Shown in pieces: positions 7,898 through 15,916 of a DNA stretch of 41,432 nt. Within the stretch, counting starts at the first letter, position 1; the number at the start of each line of letters is the position of its first letter. Both the position numbers and the translations under genes were made by a program. The notes under the pieces were generated by a model, which searched no databases, was not told the DNA's origin, and worked only from the letters and a program-made list of their open reading frames with translations. The stretch lies in the UHGV virus genome UHGV-1461890, one strand, 5' to 3'. This stretch comes from a virus.

Positions 7898-8863
7898 ATG
7901 ATTCATTTTATCAAACCTATGCACCTAAATCTTCAGCTTTTCGGTGAAGGCACCGGAACAGGTGGAGATGGTGGCACAGGTGCAGAAGGAAGTCAGGGCG
8001 TAACCGAGGTAGCCGCCATACCTCAAATCAAAAGCCGAAAAAGTAATCCTCTTGCTGATACCAAGTATGGTATCCAAGACGATGCAGCACAAGTCGCTGA
8101 TGTGCAAACCAAAGTAACCGATGCAGATGGTGTTACAACTGAAACTGTTGACCGTAATGCTGAATTTGAAAAGCTCATCAAGGGTGAATACAAGGACCTT
8201 TACGATGCCAAAGTTCAGGACACCATTCAAAAAAGGCTTAAAAGCTCAAAGGAAACCGTTGAGAAGTATAACGCTCTCTCCCCTACTCTCGAAATGCTGA
8301 GTAAAAAGTACGGTGTAGATGCTTCTGATATTGATGCCTTAAACAAGGCTATTCAAGAAGACGACTCTTATTATGAGGAAGAGGCCATGGAAAAGGGCAT
8401 CTCCGTACAGCAGTTAAAAGAGATTCGCAGAATGGAAAGAGAAAATGCTGACCTGAAGAGACAAATGCAGGAGCAATCCGTAAAGGAAAATGCTTCAAAA
8501 CTCTACGCTTCGTGGATGAATCAGGCAGAACAGCTTAAAGCGGTTTATCCATCTTTTGACCTTGAAACTGAGATGAGAAATCCAAAATTTGTAGACTTAC
8601 TCCGAGTGCCGAGTATTGATGTAAGAACTGCTTATGAGGTCTTACATAAGGATGAAATAATCCCGGCAGCCATGCAGTTTACTGCTCAGACAGTCGAGCG
8701 TAAACTTGCTAATAAGATAATGGCAAATGGAGCAAGGCCCTCAGAGAATGGTATGAACTCTCAGAGTGCAGCGGTAGTTAAGAGCGATGTGTCACAGCTC
8801 TCCAAAGCCGACCGTCAGGAAATTGCAAGACGTGTCGCACGAGGAGAAAAGATACGATTCTAA
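7898..8863 (+). CDS. Scaffolding protein with an N-terminal Prp-type leader
   Basis: The ATG at 7898 follows AAAGGA; the listed 7829 start overlaps prp and has no RBS. MIHFIKPMHLNLQLFGEG leader, then a Gly-rich and long acidic/coiled-coil body. Sits between protease and capsid. Confidence 0.7.
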   Translation: MIHFIKPMHLNLQLFGEGTGTGGDGGTGAEGSQGVTEVAAIPQIKSRKSNPLADTKYGIQDDAAQVADVQTKVTDADGVTTETVDRNAEFEKLIKGEYKDLYDAKVQDTIQKRLKSSKETVEKYNALSPTLEMLSKKYGVDASDIDALNKAIQEDDSYYEEEAMEKGISVQQLKEIRRMERENADLKRQMQEQSVKENASKLYASWMNQAEQLKAVYPSFDLETEMRNPKFVDLLRVPSIDVRTAYEVLHKDEIIPAAMQFTAQTVERKLANKIMANGARPSENGMNSQSAAVVKSDVSQLSKADRQEIARRVARGEKIRF

Positions 8864-8926
8864 CTACATCTATCTAATCTCCTTGTAAATACACACAAAT
8901 TACAAAATACAAAGGAGATTAAAACC

Positions 8927-9949
8927 ATGAAAAACATTTTTAAAATCAACCTTCAGCTCTTCGCTGAAATGAACACTCAGGTAACCACACAGTCTTCTCT
9001 CACACCTGAGATGAAGACCTACTATGACATGACCCTCATTGACGAGGCAAGTGCAAAGCTTGTACATGACCAGTTCGGTCAGAAGAAGCCTATTCCAAAG
9101 GGCAGCGGTAAAACCATCGAGTTCCGTAAGTTCTCACCTCTTGGTAAGGCTACCACACCTCTTACTGAAGGTGTTACTCCTAACGGTAACAGCCTGACTG
9201 TAACTGCTATCACCGCTACTGTTGCTCAGTATGGTGACTACATCGTACAGTCTGATGTGCTTGAACTCACCTCTCTCGATAACACAATTATCGAGGCTAC
9301 CAAGCTCTTAGGTAATCAGGCAGGTCTCACTCTTGATACCATCACTCGTAACATTCTTCAGGCAGGTACTAACGTATCATATTGTCCTAAGATTGCTGCT
9401 GACGGTACTGAGACAGAGGTTACATCTCGTGCTACACTCGATGCTACTTGTCAGCTTACTGTTGATATGGTACAGAGAGCAGTAACTAAGCTCAGAGCGC
9501 AGAACGCTCCTACCATTGATGGTGACTATGTTGCTATTATCCATCCTTATGTTGCTTATGACCTCATGAGAGACAAGGAATGGATTGAGGCTCACAAGTA
9601 TGCTACTCCCGAAAACATCTATGCAGGTGAAATCGGCAAGATAGCAGGTTGCCGCTTCGTACAGTCCACCGAGGCTAAAATTTATAAGGGTGATGGTTGT
9701 CCTACAGGCCTTGCTGTATTCGGTACTCTCTTCTTAGGCTCAGGTGCTTATGGTGTAACTGAGATTACAGGCGGTGGTTTGCAGACTATCGTTAAGCAGA
9801 AGGGTTCTGCCGGTACTGCTGACCCACTTGACCAGAGAAGCTCTGTAGGTTGGAAGGCTATTAAGACTGCTGAAAGACTTGTAGAAAACTACATGGTTCG
9901 TGTAGAGTCTTGCTCTAAGAGATACTCTGCAACAGCAGTAGCTAACTAA
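8927..9949 (+). CDS. Major capsid protein (HK97-fold type) with an N-terminal Prp-type leader
   Basis: 340 aa with a strong RBS (AAAGGAG). Leader MKNIFKINLQLFAE. High-expression codon look. Follows the scaffold. Confidence 0.85.
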   Translation: MKNIFKINLQLFAEMNTQVTTQSSLTPEMKTYYDMTLIDEASAKLVHDQFGQKKPIPKGSGKTIEFRKFSPLGKATTPLTEGVTPNGNSLTVTAITATVAQYGDYIVQSDVLELTSLDNTIIEATKLLGNQAGLTLDTITRNILQAGTNVSYCPKIAADGTETEVTSRATLDATCQLTVDMVQRAVTKLRAQNAPTIDGDYVAIIHPYVAYDLMRDKEWIEAHKYATPENIYAGEIGKIAGCRFVQSTEAKIYKGDGCPTGLAVFGTLFLGSGAYGVTEITGGGLQTIVKQKGSAGTADPLDQRSSVGWKAIKTAERLVENYMVRVESCSKRYSATAVAN

Positions 9950-9957
9950 TTAAACTT

Positions 9958-9981
9958 GGGGGAGGGATAACTCCCTTCCCC
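9958..9981 (+). terminator. Hairpin after the capsid gene (partial terminator or attenuator)
   Basis: 10-bp stem gggggaggga / tcccttcccc with one G-U pair, loop taac, followed by a T-rich ttctcatttt. Confidence 0.45.
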
Positions 9982-10005
9982 TTCTCATTTTAAGGAGTGA
10001 AATAT

Positions 10006-10254
10006 ATGGCAAATAACACAGCCGCAAATAAACCCGAAGTGGTTAAAGAAAAGATAGTAAAAATCATTGTTCCTAAAACAAGGGAATTGCAAGATGATGT
10101 TTTTGTATCGGTGAATGACCGTACATGGCAGATTCAAAGAGGCGTTGAGGTAGAAGTTCCTGAATGTGTTGTTGAGGTATTAAAACACCAGACAGAAATG
10201 GAAAACATAGCTCTCGCATACGAAGCACAGGCCTCAAGTCCTAAAAATCATTAA
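10006..10254 (+). CDS. Small conserved head-module protein, function unknown
   Basis: The ATG at 10006 lies 8 nt after AAGGAG; the listed GTG at 9997 sits inside the RBS. Pattern DDVFVSVNDRTWQIQRGVEVEVPECVVEVL recalls small proteins often encoded right after capsid genes. Confidence 0.6.
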   Translation: MANNTAANKPEVVKEKIVKIIVPKTRELQDDVFVSVNDRTWQIQRGVEVEVPECVVEVLKHQTEMENIALAYEAQASSPKNH

Positions 10255-10265
10255 GTAAAAAATTT

Positions 10266-10289
10266 GGGGAGTTCTGAAACTCCCCTTTT
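10266..10289 (+). terminator. Rho-independent terminator-like hairpin
   Basis: Perfect 8-bp stem ggggagtt / aactcccc, loop ctga, then TTTT at 10286-10289. Confidence 0.6.
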
Positions 10290-10311
10290 ATCAAATTTGG
10301 AGGTAGACACA

Positions 10312-10680
10312 ATGAAGATTATTGAAGCAATACAACAGGTGGATGCTCTCAAGCCTAATAACTATAGTCAGGAAGACAAGATAAAATGGCTGTCTACCCT
10401 TGACGGAATCATTAAAAAGGAAATCATAGATACTCACGAGGGCGGCAACGAAATCGTATTTAACGGATATGATAGTTCTTCACTTGAGACAGAACTGCTT
10501 GTACCGGCACCTTATGATGATATCTATATCAAATGGCTTGAGGCACAGATTGATTATAACAATAGTGAAATAGGAAAATACAACAACAGTATGACTATGT
10601 ATAACTCGGCTTATAGCACCTTTGAAAGATATTACAACAGAACTCACATGCCGATAGGAAAGAAATTTAAATACTTTTAA
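10312..10680 (+). CDS. Head completion / head-tail adaptor candidate
   Basis: The ATG at 10312 follows GGAGG. The listed TTG start at 10264 lies inside the terminator hairpin. The call rests on position only. Confidence 0.45.
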   Translation: MKIIEAIQQVDALKPNNYSQEDKIKWLSTLDGIIKKEIIDTHEGGNEIVFNGYDSSSLETELLVPAPYDDIYIKWLEAQIDYNNSEIGKYNNSMTMYNSAYSTFERYYNRTHMPIGKKFKYF

Positions 10681-10691
10681 GGAGGAATATT

Positions 10692-12413
10692 ATGAGACTT
10701 TCAGGACTAACCGAACTTGCTACATCTCGTGATGTGGTAGAGGTGTTTGGTGGATACAATCATAACCTCCGCATAGCCAATTCTGAGTTTTACGATATGA
10801 AAAACCTGACCTCTGATGAATACCCGGTGCTATCTACAAGAAATAAAAGAGGCGTGGTTAAACAATTAGACTCATGCAAAGGAATAACAGCAAAAGGAAA
10901 ACTTGCCTATGTTGAAGGAAAAAAGCTTATATATGGCGATTATGTGCATGAAATTCCTGAACTTACCGATGGAGATAAGCAGCTTGTTTCGTTTGGCGCT
11001 TATTTAATCATCTTCCCTGATGGAATACAATACAATACCCAAACTGATGAGTGGGAACACCTTGAGGCTCATTACAAATCATCAGGTGAGGTTAAGTTTG
11101 AAATGTGCAACATAGAAAGCTCAGCCTATGAATATACATCAGGCCCGACAGCACCGGCAGAAGAAAACGGAAAGTATTGGCTTGACACATCGTCTAGTCC
11201 ACATAGCTTAAAGGTGTACTCTTCTACATCACAAATGTGGAGTACAGTACCAACCTGTTATGTAAAAATATCAGCACTTGGTATAGATGAGCATTTTGAA
11301 CTATATGACGGTATTGAAATAAGTGGTTGCACAGCGCCCGGCACATCTGACCTTAACAGCACGATGGTTATATGGGGAAAAGGCGAAGGATATATCACCG
11401 TTATTGGTGTGTTAGACCACATGGTTACTCAAGAGGATGTTATATCGGTGGATAGAAGCATACCTACTATGGACTTTATAACTGAAAGCGAAAACAGATT
11501 ATGGGGATGCCATTACGGAATTATAGATGGCAAACCTGTAAATGAAATATATGCCTGTAAATTAGGAGATGCAAAGAATTGGAACTGTTTTATGGGAATA
11601 TCCTCGGACAGTTATGCAGTATCTCTCGGTAGTGATGGCGTGTTTACAGGTGCAATAACCCACTTAGGACACCCATTATTCTTCAAAGAAAACTGTATAC
11701 ATAAGATATATGGCAATCTGCCTTCCAATTATCAGGTGAGTACAACCAACTGTAGAGGTGTTCAGCGAGGAAGCGAAAAGAGCCTTGCTATAGTAAACGA
11801 GGTCATTTTATACAAATCTGCTGTGGATGTGTGTGCCTATGATGGCAGCCTTCCTACTTCAGTATCAGATAATCTTGGCTCTGTGAGATATTTTGAAGCT
11901 GTAGCAGGAAGCATCGACGGAAAATATTACATCAGTATGAGAGATGCTGCAAATGAGTGGAACTTATTCGTATTCGATACCATTAAAAATATGTGGCACA
12001 AGGAAGATAATACCCATATAAAAGGCTTTTGTACACTCGGCACAGACCTTTATTTAGTAACCGATGATAACGCCCTGATGACTACAACAGGCACAGGAGA
12101 GACCAAAGAATCGAAGATTAAGTGGTTTGCAGAGACAGGTAGCATAGGTTATAGCTATCCAGATAACAAATATCTGTCAAAACTTAATGTCAGAATGACT
12201 CTTAATGTTGATAGCTCGGTGGCATTGTACATACAGTACGATTCGTTTGGAGAGTGGGAGCGTAAGTGGAGTATGAATGGTGTAGGCACAAGGTCCTTTA
12301 CCATACCTATTATCCCTAAGAGATGCGACCATTTTAAGATAAGATTTGAAGGTGAAGGAGATTGCAGAATATTCTCCATTGCTAAAATGCTTGAGATGGG
12401 AAGTGATGTGTAA
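10692..12413 (+). CDS. Virion structural protein, 573 aa (tail, nozzle or adaptor-associated candidate)
   Basis: Late-operon position, a GGAGG RBS and a stop that overlaps the next start. Repeated beta-strand-like segments. No family recognised. Confidence 0.6.
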   Translation: MRLSGLTELATSRDVVEVFGGYNHNLRIANSEFYDMKNLTSDEYPVLSTRNKRGVVKQLDSCKGITAKGKLAYVEGKKLIYGDYVHEIPELTDGDKQLVSFGAYLIIFPDGIQYNTQTDEWEHLEAHYKSSGEVKFEMCNIESSAYEYTSGPTAPAEENGKYWLDTSSSPHSLKVYSSTSQMWSTVPTCYVKISALGIDEHFELYDGIEISGCTAPGTSDLNSTMVIWGKGEGYITVIGVLDHMVTQEDVISVDRSIPTMDFITESENRLWGCHYGIIDGKPVNEIYACKLGDAKNWNCFMGISSDSYAVSLGSDGVFTGAITHLGHPLFFKENCIHKIYGNLPSNYQVSTTNCRGVQRGSEKSLAIVNEVILYKSAVDVCAYDGSLPTSVSDNLGSVRYFEAVAGSIDGKYYISMRDAANEWNLFVFDTIKNMWHKEDNTHIKGFCTLGTDLYLVTDDNALMTTTGTGETKESKIKWFAETGSIGYSYPDNKYLSKLNVRMTLNVDSSVALYIQYDSFGEWERKWSMNGVGTRSFTIPIIPKRCDHFKIRFEGEGDCRIFSIAKMLEMGSDV

Positions 12414-13129
12414 TGGCATTTACATTTACTCCTCCCAATATTACAGGAGCCACGCCTGAGGCTCAGCTTAAATCAATGCAATCATGGTTGTTTCAGTTTG
12501 GAGAACAGCTCCAATATGCAATAAACAACCTTGACACCTCTAATTTTAGTCAGGGTGGCCTTGAGGAAATATCAGGTGCAAAGGCTACATTACAAGCTAA
12601 AGGTGGTAACCTCGAAGAGTTTGATGCCCTTAAATCCCTTATTATAAAAACCTCTGATACAGTTCATTCATATTTTGAAGAGGTAACCGAGACACTTAAT
12701 AGTGATTACCTTGCTATTTCTGATTTTGGTGAGTATAGCGAAAGTAACAAGGCAGAGATAGTTAAAAATGCTTTAGGAGTTACTCAAAACTATTCAAGAA
12801 TAGAAGAGGCTTTTAAGAAATTAGACTCGGTAGAGACATCGTTTAATGCCTATGTAATAAAAACTAACGCCTACATCCGCACAGGTTACCTAGAGCAGCT
12901 TGACACCTATGGCGTTGCAATAGGCGAAGAAAAAACAGAAACGATTGATGGTGTAGAGGCTGTAACATTTAATCAATTTGCTACATTGACATCCGAAGAA
13001 CTCGCCTTTTGGCAGAATGGTGTTAAACTAGGATATTTTAAGGGTGATAGTTTGTTTGTCAACGGTGCTATCCGTATAGGAAGATGGGCCATAGATATAT
13101 CCGGTGGCTTTAGTATTAAATACGTTTAA
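12413..13129 (+). CDS. Virion structural protein, 238 aa
   Basis: Translationally coupled to the upstream gene (TAATG). N-terminal LKSMQSWLFQFGEQLQYAINNLD helix, as seen in tail-associated proteins of Firmicute prophages. Confidence 0.55.
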   Translation: MAFTFTPPNITGATPEAQLKSMQSWLFQFGEQLQYAINNLDTSNFSQGGLEEISGAKATLQAKGGNLEEFDALKSLIIKTSDTVHSYFEEVTETLNSDYLAISDFGEYSESNKAEIVKNALGVTQNYSRIEEAFKKLDSVETSFNAYVIKTNAYIRTGYLEQLDTYGVAIGEEKTETIDGVEAVTFNQFATLTSEELAFWQNGVKLGYFKGDSLFVNGAIRIGRWAIDISGGFSIKYV

Positions 13130-13141
13130 AGGAGGGATTGT

Positions 13142-14698
13142 ATGGGTTCAACATATCAAGCACACATAAGCAAATTTACTCCATCCATTGTGGTAAATGG
13201 CACAAATAAAATAGATGTCACCGTAGCATTTACTAATGTACAAACAGGAGAACTTGGATACGAAAATGATTTATATATTAAATTTGGTGACAGGTATTTA
13301 TATAAATACCTTGACACAACATCCTCATCACCTCAAACTTTTTCTTTTACCATTCCTGTTGATTGGTTAAATGAAATCCCTGATAAATCTGTGGCAACAG
13401 GCACAATAGAGTTAACGTGTCTAGATGTATATGCTTTTGAAGTTGCATATAAAGAAACTAAACCCTTCACAATATATGTTCCCGAAGAGTATAAGCCTAC
13501 AGTATCTAATTTGTCGGTAAGCTTCGGTGATATACGAAGTATGCTTGTTGATTATGCACTTTATGGATTGACAACTCCTCGTGCAAGAGCATTTGTACAA
13601 CCTCATTCTACTTCGCCTATAAAAAAATGGTACATTGCAGGCGGTGGCGTTATTGCTTCAGGGGAAGACCCTGATATATCAGACAATAATGACTATAACT
13701 TTTCGGAACGAGGAGAACTCATTAAAGCATTGAGCCACACAACATTCACCTTGACGGTGGAAGATGCACGAGGCAGAACCGCTTCCATAGAATCGGAGCA
13801 GTTTTATGTTCAATCATATCACCGACCTATAGTTAAGAGCCTATCTGCTTATCGCACAGATAAGGATGGTATTGCCAAAGCAGACGGAGACTACATCAAG
13901 GTTACTGTTGAAGGAGCAAAGTCTTCAATAAAGGATAGCGAGGATAATGAGTGCAATAGTCTGGCGTGTTATGTGGATTGGAAAGAGGCTAATGGCTCAT
14001 ATAGTAATTTTGCTGATATAACCAATAACGAACCTTTTATCTTTGAGGCTAAAAAAGATACGAACTTTGAAATAAAGTGTACGCTCCGGGATAAATATAT
14101 GGAAACTGTAGCTTATGCCAACGTAATAGGTGATAACAAAGATTTTAATATTGCTGATGGTGGCGGTGGTGCTGCTATAGGCATGAAGGCTACTAAGGAT
14201 TACTTTGATGTATTACATAAAACCCGTTTACAAAAGAACCTAAGTGCTAAAGGTACTATTTCATCAGAAAAAGGCTTAGTTAGTACAGGTACAGGCAGTA
14301 AAGGAGACTTCCTTTCGTTTGGTAAGGCAGAAAGAATATTTACAGACTATCACCAAACCGCTGAAGGAAATTGGGTTGTTAATATTTGGGGTGATTTTAA
14401 TGATTGCACATCATTAGGCTTATATGGAGTTTACAATAACAACGATGTGTCATCTTCCAATTATTACAAGGTAGCAAATGCTCCTTGTGAAAAGGCAGGT
14501 ACATTAAGAGTGTATTGCGCCAATGGTGATATGGATGAATCCTCAACCTACCGATACATAATGCAAGAATATGTGGTATATGACGGTAGTGCAGTATACC
14601 GAAGGTGTTTATCTAAAACTCGTGACAATTCAGATGTAGAATGGCCTGCAAATTGGACATTTGGCAGCTGGTATCGTTACTCAGGAACAAAAGTTTAA
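13142..14698 (+). CDS. Virion structural protein, 518 aa (tail or receptor-binding candidate)
   Basis: AGGAGGG RBS and late-operon position. Beta-rich sequence. No family recognised. Confidence 0.55.
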   Translation: MGSTYQAHISKFTPSIVVNGTNKIDVTVAFTNVQTGELGYENDLYIKFGDRYLYKYLDTTSSSPQTFSFTIPVDWLNEIPDKSVATGTIELTCLDVYAFEVAYKETKPFTIYVPEEYKPTVSNLSVSFGDIRSMLVDYALYGLTTPRARAFVQPHSTSPIKKWYIAGGGVIASGEDPDISDNNDYNFSERGELIKALSHTTFTLTVEDARGRTASIESEQFYVQSYHRPIVKSLSAYRTDKDGIAKADGDYIKVTVEGAKSSIKDSEDNECNSLACYVDWKEANGSYSNFADITNNEPFIFEAKKDTNFEIKCTLRDKYMETVAYANVIGDNKDFNIADGGGGAAIGMKATKDYFDVLHKTRLQKNLSAKGTISSEKGLVSTGTGSKGDFLSFGKAERIFTDYHQTAEGNWVVNIWGDFNDCTSLGLYGVYNNNDVSSSNYYKVANAPCEKAGTLRVYCANGDMDESSTYRYIMQEYVVYDGSAVYRRCLSKTRDNSDVEWPANWTFGSWYRYSGTKV

Positions 14699-14719
14699 AA
14701 TCTATAGGAGGAATGGTAA

Positions 14720-15901
14720 ATGGGAGATTTTAAGTATAAAGAATTTAAGTATGATGATTGGAAATATGATGACTATGTTGAGAGTGAGCAGGTCAACAAA
14801 TACAAGTACAATCTAGACAATCACAACTCATCAAAACCGGGCGAATATCAATCAAAGTATCAGGCTGTGGCTGATGAGGTCCTAAACAACTATATGAATA
14901 GAGATAAGTTCTCTTATGATATTAACGGAGATGCACTCTATCAGCAGTACAAGGATAAATTTATGACACAGGGCAAGTTAGCATCTCAGGATGTAATGGC
15001 TCAGGCTGCTGCTATGACAGGTGGCTATGGTAACTCTTATGCCGCAACAGTAGGCAATCAGGCATATCAAGCCTCGTTGCAGAATCTTAATGATGTTGTT
15101 CCTGAACTATACCAAATGGCATATAACCAATATCAGCAAGAAGGTCAGGATATGCTCAATAAATATAGCATCTATGCGGATAGAGAAAATACCGAGTATG
15201 GTAGATATAGAGATTCTGTGGCTGATTGGCAGAGCGAAAGAGAATACCTTACCAACCTTTACAATACTGAGAGGTCTTGGGATTATAGCAAATACTCCGA
15301 TAATCGCAACTTTGATTATGGTGTATATTCCGATGATAGAAACCTCGCCTATACTCAGTATGATAGCGACAGGAACCTTGCTTACACCGACTATAGAAAT
15401 GATATAGCAGACCAACAATGGCAGGCAACATTTGATGAAGGTGTAAGACAGTATAACCAAAATTATGAATATCAGGTAGGTCGAGATAAAGTTGCAGACC
15501 AACAATGGCAGGATACCTTTAACCAAGCTCTTGCTGAATTTGGTTATCAGAAAGAGAGAGACACAATCGCAGACCAACAATGGCAGGATAGCTATGATTT
15601 ACAGGCAGAACAAATTCGTAATAATGAAAAGGCTGCTGCTTATGATGCTATTGTTAAGTCTGAAGAAAATGTTAAAAATGCGAAGAGCAAGATATTGTCT
15701 ATACACGATTTCCTAAACAATGCTACAAAAAATGTAATTACTCGTGGAAATAGAGGAAATACAGGTAATGGTGGCACAACATATACTTACAACAAAAAGA
15801 CCTACAACACATATACCGACTATGTTTTTGATGTTCTTGATGGCTTGAATTTAACAGATGATGAAATGGCAACCGTACTCAAGGATTTAGGCCTTGCATA
15901 A
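14720..15901 (+). CDS. Tyr/Gln/Asn/Asp-rich repeat protein, 393 aa
   Basis: AGGAGG RBS. Internal repeats DRN(F/L)(D/A)Y and three copies of ADQQWQ(A/D)(T/S)(F/Y). Immediately upstream of the giant ORF. Confidence 0.6.
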   Translation: MGDFKYKEFKYDDWKYDDYVESEQVNKYKYNLDNHNSSKPGEYQSKYQAVADEVLNNYMNRDKFSYDINGDALYQQYKDKFMTQGKLASQDVMAQAAAMTGGYGNSYAATVGNQAYQASLQNLNDVVPELYQMAYNQYQQEGQDMLNKYSIYADRENTEYGRYRDSVADWQSEREYLTNLYNTERSWDYSKYSDNRNFDYGVYSDDRNLAYTQYDSDRNLAYTDYRNDIADQQWQATFDEGVRQYNQNYEYQVGRDKVADQQWQDTFNQALAEFGYQKERDTIADQQWQDSYDLQAEQIRNNEKAAAYDAIVKSEENVKNAKSKILSIHDFLNNATKNVITRGNRGNTGNGGTTYTYNKKTYNTYTDYVFDVLDGLNLTDDEMATVLKDLGLA

Positions 15902-15916
15902 TAAGGAGGGCAAATT

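Noticed and set aside
15090-15580. ORFs 15090-15407 (+), 15107-15580 (-) and 15249-15431 (-) inside the repeat protein gene
   Set aside because: These are alternate-frame or antisense shadows of a compositionally biased repeat gene. They have no RBS and their products are low-complexity.
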